A DNA stretch of 64,000 bases from an uncultured Gammaproteobacteria bacterium (GCA_964573695.1 CAZNKB010000004.1:14214-78213); one strand, 5' to 3'; positions 1 through 10,362 are shown, counted from the stretch's first letter. The notes: a model not told the origin generated them from the sequence alone. Numbers and translations: made by a program.

Positions 1-162
1 TTCCTCTTTTCCTCTGGTGACCAAAAAAAACTTGAGGCCGCCCGTGGCACGGTGACACAAGCCATAATTGGCATCGTCGTCATGTCCCTTGCATACCTTA
101 TTATCCTCACCATAGAGACGTTTACCGGTGTGAAAGTAACGGATTTTACGATCACCCAATAG
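1..162 (+). CDS. 3' end of a TrbC/VirB2-like pilin (CPR-type), truncated by the window edge
   Basis: Frame 1 reads FLFSSGDQKKLEAARGTVTQAIIGIVVMSLAYLIILTIETFTGVKVTDFTITQ* (TAG at 160-162). The 'GD..K...A..T.T.AIIG+hydrophobic helix' pattern is typical of CPR VirB2-like pilins. Not in the ORF track. Confidence 0.75.
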   Translation, partial: FLFSSGDQKKLEAARGTVTQAIIGIVVMSLAYLIILTIETFTGVKVTDFTITQ

Positions 163-163
163 A

Positions 164-192
164 TTGACTTTAGTAATTTTTCTCCAGATAAT
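164..192 (+). promoter_or_regulatory. sigma70-type promoter, probably giving a leaderless transcript
   Basis: TTGACT (164-169), 17 nt, GATAAT (187-192), 6 nt, ATG at 199. Confidence 0.6.
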
Positions 193-198
193 GATTGT

Positions 199-1794
199 AT
201 GCGTCGGATAATTTTATCTATCATGTCATTCATCCTTATCGGGATGATGCTTTTAGTACTCCCTCCCCAAGCCCAGGCGCAAGCCGCTGATCCGACAACC
301 GGTGCCGAATGCGATGATGCCACCTGGTATCTCGACCTAAACTGTGTCGTCGCGGGACTTATGAAGGCCTCCGAAGGGGCGCTCAACAAGCAGGCGGGCG
401 ACGTCGGCACTGCCACCATGAGCCAAGGGCAGCTTATTATCGGATTTCGCGGACTGTGCGACGCAGCTAACCCGGATTGCCCGATCGGATTAAGTTATCA
501 AAAAAGCGCGATGGCAGGGCTTGCCAAAAGCACGCTCGCGATGTATCAACATCCGCCTGCCCGAAGTAGCGAGTATATCGCGGACGTAGGACGCACGCTC
601 GGATTTATGCCCAAAAAAGTAGAGGCGCAGGGTATCGGGTTTTCCGGACTTCAAAGCATGCTCCCCTTATGGAAGGTCTTCCGCAATATCGCTTACGCGT
701 TACTTGCCGTTATTATCATCGTTGTCGGATTTATGGTGATGTTTCGGAAAAAAATCGACCCGAAAACTGTCGTTACCGTCCAAAATGCCATACCACGAAT
801 CGTTATCGCGTTGGGGCTCGTCACCTTTTCCTACGCGATCGTGGGAGCCATGATCGACCTTATGTATTTGGCTATCGTGTTATCCGCTTCGGCAGTCGAT
901 AGCGCTTCGGGCGGTAATTTAGGAAAACTATTAAGCCTTGCGACCACGCTTAATCTGGACATACTGCCCCCGAGTTTTACGGCTCCTACGACTTCAGCCC
1001 CGGTAGAAAACGCGACAAAACTTCTCCTAAATGGTGGTGTCAGCGGACTCCTTCGATTTTTCTTTGCAAGCGGCTTTCAGGCATACGACGATATCGGAAC
1101 CATGATTACTCAAAACGACCCGCTAAATATCGCCGCCTGGACCGTCGTTCCCGGAGTAATCGGTTATATGTTCGGACTAAGAGGCGCGCTATTGGGTCTT
1201 ACCACAGGACCGGTACTACTCGCCATTATATTTTTGATCATATTACTCTTTGGTGTGATCCGGCTTATTTTCATGCTACTGGACGCCTATATCAATATCA
1301 TCATTTCGCTGCTCACCGCCCCGTTCCAGCTGATGATGGAAGCAATTCCTGGAACCAATGCATTTAGCTCGTGGTTTAGGAATTTATTATCAAAAATTCT
1401 TGTATTTCCGATTACCGTACTCCTGCTGTTAGTCACGGCGGTACTCACCTCCCAGGACGTTTCAATGAGCATATGGGCTCCCCCGCTACTCTCCACGGGC
1501 GAGGGGACATATGGTATGGCTGGGCTCATCGGGCTCGGCATGCTTATGGTTATCCCAACGATTGTCCAAGGATTACAAAAAGGTCTTAAGGCAGAGCCCC
1601 TTGTCCCCGGAGGGGTTGGTCCTATCGTTGGGCCGCTGGGATCCGGTGTAGGTACGCTATTTAACCTTGGATACCAAGCGAGCTTTATAGCAAGCGCTTT
1701 CCGACACAAACCGGAAGCAAGATCCTCTATGCAGATTGCCCGCGAAGGAGCCGAAAAAGGATTAGGGTCAATTACCGGCGGCGGCGGTCACTAA
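199..1794 (+). CDS. VirB6/TrbL-like polytopic membrane protein of the T4SS-like cluster
   Basis: Signal peptide; 'LWKVFRNIAYALL..IIVVGFMVMFR..ID.KTVVTVQNAIPRIVIAL.LVTFSYAIVGAMIDL' segment; several TM helices; follows a pilin gene. Confidence 0.65.
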   Translation: MRRIILSIMSFILIGMMLLVLPPQAQAQAADPTTGAECDDATWYLDLNCVVAGLMKASEGALNKQAGDVGTATMSQGQLIIGFRGLCDAANPDCPIGLSYQKSAMAGLAKSTLAMYQHPPARSSEYIADVGRTLGFMPKKVEAQGIGFSGLQSMLPLWKVFRNIAYALLAVIIIVVGFMVMFRKKIDPKTVVTVQNAIPRIVIALGLVTFSYAIVGAMIDLMYLAIVLSASAVDSASGGNLGKLLSLATTLNLDILPPSFTAPTTSAPVENATKLLLNGGVSGLLRFFFASGFQAYDDIGTMITQNDPLNIAAWTVVPGVIGYMFGLRGALLGLTTGPVLLAIIFLIILLFGVIRLIFMLLDAYINIIISLLTAPFQLMMEAIPGTNAFSSWFRNLLSKILVFPITVLLLLVTAVLTSQDVSMSIWAPPLLSTGEGTYGMAGLIGLGMLMVIPTIVQGLQKGLKAEPLVPGGVGPIVGPLGSGVGTLFNLGYQASFIASAFRHKPEARSSMQIAREGAEKGLGSITGGGGH

Positions 1795-1813
1795 TATTTT
1801 CTTCTTCTCGCTA

Positions 1814-4800
1814 TCAGTGGTGACTTCCCCCGCTTTCCTGTTCTTTGGTAGATTTTTCTATCGCTATGGCTAGCGTTGCTGCCAGCACAACCCACCAATA
1901 TTTCCGATATAACGCGGTCAACCGATACGGCAAGCCGGTCTTAAACTCTCGCCGCAGGTCCAGAATATATTCGGGATGGTTAATAAACAATCCCATGTCT
2001 TGAGCTGACACCAAAATCTCTTCCATTTTCGCTTCATCCCATGCGTTTGCGTGCGCACCGGTATAGCGTGAGGAATAAGATATCGCCTCCCCCACAGAAT
2101 GCGGCCAATGACTAATTTTTTCTTTTACCAGTTCTTTCCAACGGTCTTTTCCAAACACGAGCTGAAGAATTTTATTGTCCTTAAGCGGGCGCAGATCCAC
2201 CTCTGCCAAATACATCAGTCCGCGGGTCAATCCGGGAACCCAGCCAACTGTTTTTAGGCTTCTGTGTCTGTTCATTTCAAAAAAGACGCGCATCATTTCT
2301 TTTACCGTGTTTTCTGCGGCGTCAGGACCGGAATAATCAACGATCGCGGTTCTCACTTCCATCATTTTCTGAAGAGATTTGGTGTAATCATTGGGAGACA
2401 AAACCATCTCGTTATTTGAGAAAAACTCCAACATACCATTTCTCGCGTTCATTTGTGCTCCCACATCCCGGATTCTTCTGTGCATGGCGACGGTTCCCAG
2501 CTGATAAAAATTCGATTCTTTCCAATCAAAATCTGTCATGCTCATGGTAAGGGGTAATTTAAGCGCTGCGATAGCGTCCATTTTATTGTGAAATGTCCCC
2601 CCCGACGCTTCAACCGTACGCCCGCGGTAAATCTCAGCCTGCATATCGACAAGCACCTGTCGAAGATTTTCGCTCCGCGTTGGATCAAGCTTCAATATGT
2701 TTAAATACGGCACGACCAGGGCATCAAAATCCTTCTTTTCTGCCAAATCCACCCGGGCGAACTGCCAGTCTTTTTCGTGAGCCATTTTAAGCTCGGCAAG
2801 CGAGAGAGCTTCTTTAAATTTCTTCCATTCTTCATGAGTAACCTTGTTCTTCGTTAAGATTCGCTCTGTATCTTCTTCGAGTAATTCCAAAAACTTCGAG
2901 GGATTTCGTCGAAGCATGCGGTCCAATATCGGCTTGCGCTCTGCGGCGTTACCTGCGGTGAGCAATTGAATAGAAAGCGCCTGATTATCCAGTAATGCAG
3001 CGTTTTCCGGCAACTTTTTCATGCTCAAGAGCTTGCCCCGAAGTTCATCTGCTACTCCCTTTTCAAGTCTCCACGCGGTGCCGTCATAAAACCCTCCGCT
3101 TGCCATAAATCCTGGCCCCAAAAGTTCACTAAAGGATATTCCTGTCGCGTCTTCCGCAAATTCCCAGGCTTCCATGGAGGCCTGACGTTCTTTATCATGC
3201 TCATGGTGTTTCGCCTCGCGCCATTCCTTAGACTTGGTAATCTTAAACTTCTCACCCAGTTTCTCAACGGCTCCGCCGATTTTTTTGAACCACCCGGGCT
3301 CCTTCGGATTAATACCCTTGGTGTTTAGCAAATTTTTGCGGAATATACTCCGCGCGGTAATACCCATGTCACCACCGATATTAAATCTGCTCGCGAACGT
3401 TTCCGGATTAAATATGCGTTGGATATCTTCAAACGCAGGAGCTCTCATCACGTGCTTACCAGAAGCCGTACCGTACTCCACGGCTGGTGGAATCGACATC
3501 ATGGCTCCTATCATCGCCATGCGACCCGACCCGATCATGGCAGTCCGAGAGGCCCACAACGCCATACGCACTTCGTATTCGGCAGGTTTGTAATTAGGAT
3601 CTTCAGGATGCTGCGCCTGAAGATATTCAACGAGACGCTTACGGACCTCGATATCGACCGGCGAAAGTCCGCGCGTCTCTAACAGCTCCTGTGTAAAATT
3701 TTCGTTAAGCATTTCTTCCCGATGAGAATAGATCTGGTACAATCTGTCGACTTCTGCTAGCTGCTCGTTTTCCTTTTCTGTCAGCGCCGTTCCCTGGCTC
3801 TTTTTCTTGAGCAATTCCTCGCGATTATTCTTAAGCTTGGAAAGCGTGATGTGCAGCTCGGTATAACTTTGAACGTCGTCGTCCCACAACATGACACCTT
3901 CTGCTGCCAAATCATTCTGTTGCTGTATTTCGTGCATCAGGCGCTGATCTTCTATGGAAAGCGGGCTTTGGGTCTTGCCCTTTGCGGGATCAAATCCTTC
4001 TTGGCGCTGCTTCGCCCTGAGTTCTTTTAAGACATCTTCCCTCTTCATGTGCTTGCCGTTCCAGGAAATTTCTTCCTGCATGTACTTTATGGCTTCGCCG
4101 TATTTTGCGCGCTTGGTGGCCATAAGTTCAAATAACACATGTTCATAAAGACTGTATGCTTCGTTCGAATGATCGAAGTTCTTATAAAGGTGGTCCAAAT
4201 CAGCGCCCTGGAGGAGGCTCATAGCCTTGAGCCTATCCTTCACGTCTCCCGGGTTATACATAAGTCCTTTGACCGCATACTCATATTGTCCGCGGCTATC
4301 CCAATGTTTTTGGTACAGCTGAACCGCTAAGTGATACTCCCCGCCATATTTCCACACGAGATAATCCTTAAACTCCTGAAAGCGCTGATCCTGGGTAAGC
4401 GTCGGTCGAGTCTCTTCGCGTCCCATGGAATATATCTGGTCAATAAAGTCAAAATACCACCGCGCCTCCCCTTCGTCTCCTTGAATAAGCATCTCGACGT
4501 CAGCAGGAGGGATGTAACGGAAATCTGGAAAAACCTCGTCCGGCTTGTGAAGATCCGGGTTGGGAGCGTTCTGCATAATTTCTCCCCACGTTACGACCCT
4601 GCCTCCGCGGAGCTTCTCTTGGTGTTTTTGCATCCGCAAGTCAGTAAACCGCTCAAAATATCGCACGCGCTCTACGGCCTTTTGAACTAATTTTTCGTCG
4701 ACGCCCTCCCTACGGCCTTTTTCTACCATGCGCCGAACGGCGTCGTCGGTGAGTCGGTTGTCATATGCCGCTCCGGGATCTACCCGGAAGCGGTACTGAA

Positions 4801-5449
4801 GCTCCTGCAAATCAAAACCAAGCGGCGTGTCCTTTAAATCGGCGTCGACGGACTCATCGAAAAGTTTTTTGACTTCCTGAGACAACTCAGGATCCCTATC
4901 TGCATTCTCTTCACTTTCTCCTTGAGACGAGCCGTCTTCTACTCCTGATCCTCCGGCAATCACCGGCACCGCTTCAATCTGTAAGTCGGCAAGGCTGGGA
5001 TTTTCAGCGATAATTTTACGCAAATATTTCCTCGCTTCTACTGCTGTCGGACTGGTAAGCCCCGATTCCTTTGCCACCGCTACAAGCTGAAGGCCGATTC
5101 CGCGCATATACTCAGGATCTGCTAGCTGCGCTTCATCGGCGGTAAGAAGCGATTCGACGATGCTAAACACCCGCTCGTCTTTAGGAAATTCTCCGTCTCC
5201 CCCCAACATCCTTCGTTTAGCTGTTTCCGAGGCAACCTCGGCGCGTTTGGCAGCAAATGCCGTCAGGCGCTCCTTGCTTACTTCTTTTACGTCCTTCTTC
5301 ACTTCTTGCTCGAGCTTCACTTCCGGAGTTTCTGGAGAATAGGGGGGCTCTGGAGAAATCGGTGTTTCGGGTGACAAAGGTTGTCCCCCGCTTTGAGCGG
5401 CTTTTTTTGCCGCTTCGTTGAGCCTTTTAAATAACTCCTCATTTGCCAT
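1814..5449 (-). CDS. Large (1211 aa) hypothetical, charged/helical protein with a single C-terminal hydrophobic helix
   Basis: Long uninterrupted ORF rich in E/K/R; Pro-rich N-terminus (SPETP repeats); WWVVLAATLAIAI near the C-terminus. No family recognised. Confidence 0.8.
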   Translation of the reverse strand: MANEELFKRLNEAAKKAAQSGGQPLSPETPISPEPPYSPETPEVKLEQEVKKDVKEVSKERLTAFAAKRAEVASETAKRRMLGGDGEFPKDERVFSIVESLLTADEAQLADPEYMRGIGLQLVAVAKESGLTSPTAVEARKYLRKIIAENPSLADLQIEAVPVIAGGSGVEDGSSQGESEENADRDPELSQEVKKLFDESVDADLKDTPLGFDLQELQYRFRVDPGAAYDNRLTDDAVRRMVEKGRREGVDEKLVQKAVERVRYFERFTDLRMQKHQEKLRGGRVVTWGEIMQNAPNPDLHKPDEVFPDFRYIPPADVEMLIQGDEGEARWYFDFIDQIYSMGREETRPTLTQDQRFQEFKDYLVWKYGGEYHLAVQLYQKHWDSRGQYEYAVKGLMYNPGDVKDRLKAMSLLQGADLDHLYKNFDHSNEAYSLYEHVLFELMATKRAKYGEAIKYMQEEISWNGKHMKREDVLKELRAKQRQEGFDPAKGKTQSPLSIEDQRLMHEIQQQNDLAAEGVMLWDDDVQSYTELHITLSKLKNNREELLKKKSQGTALTEKENEQLAEVDRLYQIYSHREEMLNENFTQELLETRGLSPVDIEVRKRLVEYLQAQHPEDPNYKPAEYEVRMALWASRTAMIGSGRMAMIGAMMSIPPAVEYGTASGKHVMRAPAFEDIQRIFNPETFASRFNIGGDMGITARSIFRKNLLNTKGINPKEPGWFKKIGGAVEKLGEKFKITKSKEWREAKHHEHDKERQASMEAWEFAEDATGISFSELLGPGFMASGGFYDGTAWRLEKGVADELRGKLLSMKKLPENAALLDNQALSIQLLTAGNAAERKPILDRMLRRNPSKFLELLEEDTERILTKNKVTHEEWKKFKEALSLAELKMAHEKDWQFARVDLAEKKDFDALVVPYLNILKLDPTRSENLRQVLVDMQAEIYRGRTVEASGGTFHNKMDAIAALKLPLTMSMTDFDWKESNFYQLGTVAMHRRIRDVGAQMNARNGMLEFFSNNEMVLSPNDYTKSLQKMMEVRTAIVDYSGPDAAENTVKEMMRVFFEMNRHRSLKTVGWVPGLTRGLMYLAEVDLRPLKDNKILQLVFGKDRWKELVKEKISHWPHSVGEAISYSSRYTGAHANAWDEAKMEEILVSAQDMGLFINHPEYILDLRREFKTGLPYRLTALYRKYWWVVLAATLAIAIEKSTKEQESGGSHH

Positions 5450-5536
5450 ATAAAAAAATAAATAACGTGAAGCAACGCGCTATATTGACGCGCTTACTAT
5501 AATTCTAACGTGTCTCAACGAGAAGAACAAGGGAGC

Positions 5537-6091
5537 TTATCGATACAAATTGTTGATTTGTATATACGAGGCGACGGACGGCGGAACAAACTGATCAATG
5601 GGGAGGCCCTTACTCGCGCGTTGACGTATCTTTGTCGAAGATATATTTGTTCCGACCAGCAACTCGTGAGAGACTACCGTCATATTCGGGTGCAATGGCT
5701 CATTGGGGTACCCGTATCTGGGGAATACAACAAAAGGAATTTGCCGAATAAGTGTTTCCCACTCTCCCCACAGGTGAAGCGTCGGAAGCTGATCAGAGCC
5801 GATAATAAACCGGAACTCGTGTTCTCGCGGTAAATATGGCAGCAGATGTATGGTATCTCCGTCAAGCGCATGATCAATCTCAATAGACGAAACCTTTGTA
5901 TGGGCAAGGGTCAGCAGCTTTGTCATTGCCAGACGGTGCGTGACCTGAGCTACCGGCTTAGGAGGAATTTGACCATAATTTGGCAAAAACCACACCTCAT
6001 CGATGTCTGTAAAGTCTAAAATCTGCTGGGCGATCATGAGATGCCCGATATGAGGCGGGTTAAATGCGCCGCCCAATAACCCAATATTCAT
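5537..6091 (-). CDS. nadD: Nicotinate/nicotinamide mononucleotide adenylyltransferase
   Basis: GGAFNPPHIGH (HIGH motif), FIIGSDQ, W, ISSTKIR, and the VPPSVASYI..NNLY ending. Confidence 0.93.
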   Translation of the reverse strand: MNIGLLGGAFNPPHIGHLMIAQQILDFTDIDEVWFLPNYGQIPPKPVAQVTHRLAMTKLLTLAHTKVSSIEIDHALDGDTIHLLPYLPREHEFRFIIGSDQLPTLHLWGEWETLIRQIPFVVFPRYGYPNEPLHPNMTVVSHELLVGTNISSTKIRQRASKGLPIDQFVPPSVASYIQINNLYR

Positions 6092-6098
6092 GTCAGCG

Positions 6099-8282
6099 TT
6101 ATTGTACCTTTTTTGTATATCGCTCGCGAGAAACTCGTATAACCGTCTCTCGATGCTCGTTTTTGCTACGTGGAAGCGGCAACGTCATAGCAGAAAATGG
6201 AGTCGACGTTTGATTATCTATGGAAAGCTTCAGCACCACCTGGAAGTTCCCGAGCGCGACGAGTTCGGATTCTTCATATTTCTCGCCGAATTCACGGGTC
6301 AGCAACCTGGCGTCCGCCGCCCCGACCGCAAAGGAGATAATTGACCCTGCATTTCCAAAAATCGCCTTTTGCACATCTTCGTCGATTTGTCCTATATATT
6401 GATTCGCAAGCGTCAGGTTGAGCCTATATTTACGGGCCTCTGATAGAATCTTGATAAACGACTGAGTCGCAAAATTTTGGAACTCGTCGACATAGAGATA
6501 AAAATCGCGCCTGTTTTCTTCTGCTTTATATACCCTGTTCATGGCGGCAAGCTGCATTTTTGTGATAATCATCGCCCCAAGCAAAGCACTGCTATCCTCT
6601 CCTAATTTTCCTTGAGACAAGTTAACAATCACTATTTTCCCTTCGTTCATCATGTGCTCCAAATCCACCGTTGAGACAGGATGACCTACGATGTTGCGGA
6701 TCGTGCGTGACGAAAGAAACTGCCCGACTTTATTGAGGATCGGTGATATGGACTCGCTCCGCATCTGTGGGCTTAGCCGATTAAATTCGTTGAGCCAAAA
6801 ATTTTTGAGCACGCGGTCGTCAAGTTTTTCAACCACCTTCTCTCTATATTTATCATTGGTCAATAATTCCGGGATATCCAAAAAAGTTGATTGTGGTACG
6901 TGTGTGAGCGTGAGAATCGTATTTCTGAGGATATATTCCAATCTCGGCCCCCAACTCATGTGATACAGCTTATAAAAAATAGACACGATGCCCGAAGCCA
7001 CAAGCTCCCGGTATGCAGGATTTTTTACTTCCAGGGGGTTTAAATGAAACGGATGATCCATGTCGGCCGGATCCAAATACGCAACGTCGTTTGTTCTATG
7101 AGAAGGAACGTAATCAAGAAGGATGTCGCTTAGATCTCCGTGGGGGTCTATAACCGCCATACCTTCCCCATTTTTCATGTCGTTTATCGCCATGTTGGCG
7201 ATGAGCGTTGATTTTCCCGTTCCGGTTTTTCCGATAATATAGACGTGTTTCCGTCGGTCTTCCTTTTTCACTCCGAACGTGGTTTGTGTATTTTTGTATT
7301 CTGTTTTTGCAAAAAAGTTTATACGGCGCTTCTCCTCCTGATCCTCCGTCACTATGGGCAGGTTTGCCGGCGCCTCGCCCAAAAGATGCGCCCCCCAATG
7401 GATATTTTTTATCATGGAGAGCCCGATCCCAGGCGGATGCCACAACGATGCCAGCTCTGAGGCGCCCAACACTTGAAATCTCGGCCGTCCGTAATCTCCT
7501 CGGGAGACAAACGACTGTTCAAACTTTTTCTTCTGCCAAAACTGGGGAACTGATAGAGTCAAATTGTTTCCTTCTCCCAGCGTATACACCCCGAACGCTC
7601 CCCCTGTCGTTTGAAGGATGTGCTGAGCACGCTCGACACTCGGAGCAACAGCCAATAACCGAAGTGACGCAAAAAATCCAACCTGGTTCATCTTTGTCTC
7701 CATGATTCGTGCGTGCGGATGCGGCTTTGTCCGCCCGACAGTCGAGTTAGGATCAGGCACTCCGCGAGCGATAATAGACCCTATCGACTGCTGCCAGGAG
7801 CTTCCCGCAGGAGAAAGGCGTATTTGCAGAGCTATCGCTTCCTGAGGCGCAAGTTTAGCAAATTGTCCTGCTACCCCGGAAAGAATATCGAGATCTTTTA
7901 TGTCTTTGTATGTTTTTAGGGGTAAGTAAAAACTATTTCCATATACTAGTTGGCCAGAGGCATGAGGAAGCGAAAGAAAATGCTCGGCATAATCATCGGT
8001 TTTTGCAATTAAAACCCGCGGGTACTGCGCGGTCAACTGACTTTCCAAATACCCCCGAAGGGACTCGGTCGTTGCGACAAAAAAATGAATTCTGCTGTTT
8101 ACCGAAACCATCTCTAAACTGAAATACGGGGCCATATGTCCCGGGTGAAGCAGTCGGGAAATAATTCCCTGATGTCCTCCCCCGCTCCCTAACGCGGCAA
8201 AAACCTGCTCCATGGCAAGCGGTGTTTCTTCACTTTCCCTAGCGTTTTGAATTTCTAATACGGTAAGACCTGAACTGGTCAT
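6099..8282 (-). CDS. virD4: VirD4/TraD-like coupling ATPase (CPR type, long N-terminal extension)
   Basis: Walker A GKTGTGKS, VIDPHGDL, WGPRLEYILRN, Walker B LYVDEFQNF, ILSEARKYRLNLTLANQY, AIFGNAGS. Confidence 0.85.
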   Translation of the reverse strand: MTSSGLTVLEIQNARESEETPLAMEQVFAALGSGGGHQGIISRLLHPGHMAPYFSLEMVSVNSRIHFFVATTESLRGYLESQLTAQYPRVLIAKTDDYAEHFLSLPHASGQLVYGNSFYLPLKTYKDIKDLDILSGVAGQFAKLAPQEAIALQIRLSPAGSSWQQSIGSIIARGVPDPNSTVGRTKPHPHARIMETKMNQVGFFASLRLLAVAPSVERAQHILQTTGGAFGVYTLGEGNNLTLSVPQFWQKKKFEQSFVSRGDYGRPRFQVLGASELASLWHPPGIGLSMIKNIHWGAHLLGEAPANLPIVTEDQEEKRRINFFAKTEYKNTQTTFGVKKEDRRKHVYIIGKTGTGKSTLIANMAINDMKNGEGMAVIDPHGDLSDILLDYVPSHRTNDVAYLDPADMDHPFHLNPLEVKNPAYRELVASGIVSIFYKLYHMSWGPRLEYILRNTILTLTHVPQSTFLDIPELLTNDKYREKVVEKLDDRVLKNFWLNEFNRLSPQMRSESISPILNKVGQFLSSRTIRNIVGHPVSTVDLEHMMNEGKIVIVNLSQGKLGEDSSALLGAMIITKMQLAAMNRVYKAEENRRDFYLYVDEFQNFATQSFIKILSEARKYRLNLTLANQYIGQIDEDVQKAIFGNAGSIISFAVGAADARLLTREFGEKYEESELVALGNFQVVLKLSIDNQTSTPFSAMTLPLPRSKNEHRETVIRVSRERYTKKVQ

Positions 8283-8288
8283 GAGGCT

Positions 8289-8395
8289 ATCTTATCATAG
8301 ATATTTTTTTTCTTTCGTGAAAACTACAAAAGTGGAGTTTTCACGGTCCTGATGCGCTTTGTGCTATTGAACCCTATTATTTTTCCCTCTACAAT
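8289..8395. promoter_or_regulatory. Divergent promoters between the virD4-like and prgI-like genes
   Basis: Plus strand: TTGAAC (8367-8372), 17 nt, TACAAT (8390-8395). Minus strand: extended -10 TGA-TAAGAT (8289-8297), 6 nt before the virD4 ATG. Confidence 0.55.
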
Positions 8396-8404
8396 GATTT
8401 ATGT

Positions 8405-9700
8405 ATGGAGCAACATCCGGTTCCTCAAAATGTCACCACGTTTCAGTTTCGGCTGATCGGTGACATGACAATTAAACAATTCGGATATTTATGCGCAGGG
8501 GCAATTTTGGCGTTTATCGCATACAAACTTCCCCTTCCTTTTATCATCACCTGGCCGCTTACCGGTGCTTTCGCGTTTTTGGGGGTCGGGTTTGCGTTTA
8601 TCCCAATAGAAGAGCGACCCATGGACGTGTGGGTGTTTTCTTTTTTTAAAAGCATCTATAGTCCGACACAATATATCTGGTCTCACGAAAGTACTACGCC
8701 AACTCCAAAAACACAGGCCGCCCCGAAAGCTGTACCAAGCCCGACAGTGGCTACCACCGCTGTGCCGGTTGCCACTCCAACACAACCGACCCCTCCCTCC
8801 GCCATACCGCCTCAAGCTCATCCACAAACGTCAAAAAGCGTTTTGTCGGGATTATTCCAAACCCCTACTCCAGCGACCCCACAACCCGCTCAACAGGACA
8901 GAGTGCGTGTTGCAAAACCGCATGTTTCTATTCTGGATGAAATCGCGCTATTTTTTCGCCCAAAACACACACCCTCCTCTGTTGCTGTCCAGTCCGATAC
9001 GCAACAGATTCCTCCCGTGACCGGAAAACACGCGGACATCGACCCAAAACCACAATCACCTCCCACATCAACGCTCGAAGCATCTCAGATGCAACAAAAA
9101 ATGAAACAACTGGAGGAAACCCTGGCGACGCTTGAAACCCGCCTGGCTACCAAATCCATGACCGAAGACCGCGTTCTGGAACTACAAAAACAACTCACCG
9201 ACGTCATGGTCGCAAAAAACAAAACTGAGGAAGAGCTTGTCACGCTTAAGCGAAAAATGACTCCGGACGCTCCTCCTGTCGCTTCACAAAACGCTCCGAC
9301 GCTCGGTCGCGGCACGGTCAACGTCATCACTACGCAGGAGGCGGCCGTAAAAGTTGGGCTTCCGAGATTAACCAATGTTCCCAACGTGATCACGGGGCTC
9401 GTGAAAGACGACGCCGGCAATCTCCTCCCCGGAATTCTCGTCACGGTAACAAATCATGAAGGTGTTCCTGTCCGCGCGCTAAAAACCAACAAGTTAGGAC
9501 AGTTTGCCGCGTCTACCCAACTTATGAGCGGCGTGTATTTTGTGGAAATCGAAGATCCAAGAGGAAGATTTTCGTTCACCAGAGTGCAAATCACCTTAAA
9601 CGGCTCTGTCGTGCCTGTGCTGGAGATTATCGCACGGAGCGAAAAAGCGTTGACTCGTGAAAAACTCGCACAGGAAATTTTCGGCAAAACATCAATATAA
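8405..9700 (+). CDS. PrgI-family membrane protein with Pro/Thr linker, coiled coil and C-terminal carboxypeptidase-regulatory-like beta-sandwich
   Basis: N-terminal 'QHPVPQNVTTFQFRLIGDMTIKQFGYL' plus two TM helices and 'ERPMDVW'; C-terminal 'ITGLVKDDAGNLLPGILVTV...KTNKLGQF...GVYFVEIED'. Confidence 0.75.
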   Translation: MEQHPVPQNVTTFQFRLIGDMTIKQFGYLCAGAILAFIAYKLPLPFIITWPLTGAFAFLGVGFAFIPIEERPMDVWVFSFFKSIYSPTQYIWSHESTTPTPKTQAAPKAVPSPTVATTAVPVATPTQPTPPSAIPPQAHPQTSKSVLSGLFQTPTPATPQPAQQDRVRVAKPHVSILDEIALFFRPKHTPSSVAVQSDTQQIPPVTGKHADIDPKPQSPPTSTLEASQMQQKMKQLEETLATLETRLATKSMTEDRVLELQKQLTDVMVAKNKTEEELVTLKRKMTPDAPPVASQNAPTLGRGTVNVITTQEAAVKVGLPRLTNVPNVITGLVKDDAGNLLPGILVTVTNHEGVPVRALKTNKLGQFAASTQLMSGVYFVEIEDPRGRFSFTRVQITLNGSVVPVLEIIARSEKALTREKLAQEIFGKTSI

Positions 9701-9706
9701 CCATAT

Positions 9707-10360
9707 ATGGCAGACTCAATCGTACCAATACGCGCGTCAACTCAGATTTTTACCGAAATCGTTGACGTCGATCGTGATCTCGTCCTTTTTGCCGACGGCT
9801 CCGTGTCGCTTGTTATCGCCACAACCGCGGTGAACTTCGGTTTGTTATCCGAAAAAGAACAGGATGCCATAATTTACGCCTACGCCGGACTTCTGAACTC
9901 GCTCTCGTTCCCTATACAGATACTTATACAAACAAAACATAAGGATATTTCCGCATACCTAAAACTATTAGAGGATCAGGAAAAACGGCAGAAAAATCCA
10001 AAACTCACCAAGAGTATTCATGGATACCGCCTGTTCGTGGCTTCCATGGTCAAAGAAAAGGATGTCTTGGACAAAAAATTTTATATCGTGCTGCCTTTTT
10101 CAGCCATAGAACTCGGGGTTTCCTCAACCTTGCTGTTCGGGCCCAAAAAATCTGGGCTGCCATACGAAAAATCGTATATACTCGACAGGGCGCTCACCGT
10201 GTTGTTACCCAAAAAAGATCATCTTATTCGTCTGTTAGCCCGTGTCGGGCTTCACGCGACACAACTTAATTCAAGCGCCTTGGTAAAACTCTTTTTTAGC
10301 ATGTATAACCCTGGTAATCCGCCACCCGACGTCACAATGCTAAATCTTGGAAAGGAATAG
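9707..10360 (+). CDS. Conserved T4SS-cluster protein upstream of VirB4 (resembles TraC/VirB4 N-terminal-type accessory proteins)
   Basis: 'VNFGLLSEKEQDAIIYAYAGLLNSLSFPIQILIQ' and 'KKFYIVLPF' motifs; position between prgI and virB4. Confidence 0.6.
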   Translation: MADSIVPIRASTQIFTEIVDVDRDLVLFADGSVSLVIATTAVNFGLLSEKEQDAIIYAYAGLLNSLSFPIQILIQTKHKDISAYLKLLEDQEKRQKNPKLTKSIHGYRLFVASMVKEKDVLDKKFYIVLPFSAIELGVSSTLLFGPKKSGLPYEKSYILDRALTVLLPKKDHLIRLLARVGLHATQLNSSALVKLFFSMYNPGNPPPDVTMLNLGKE

Positions 10361-10362
10361 TC

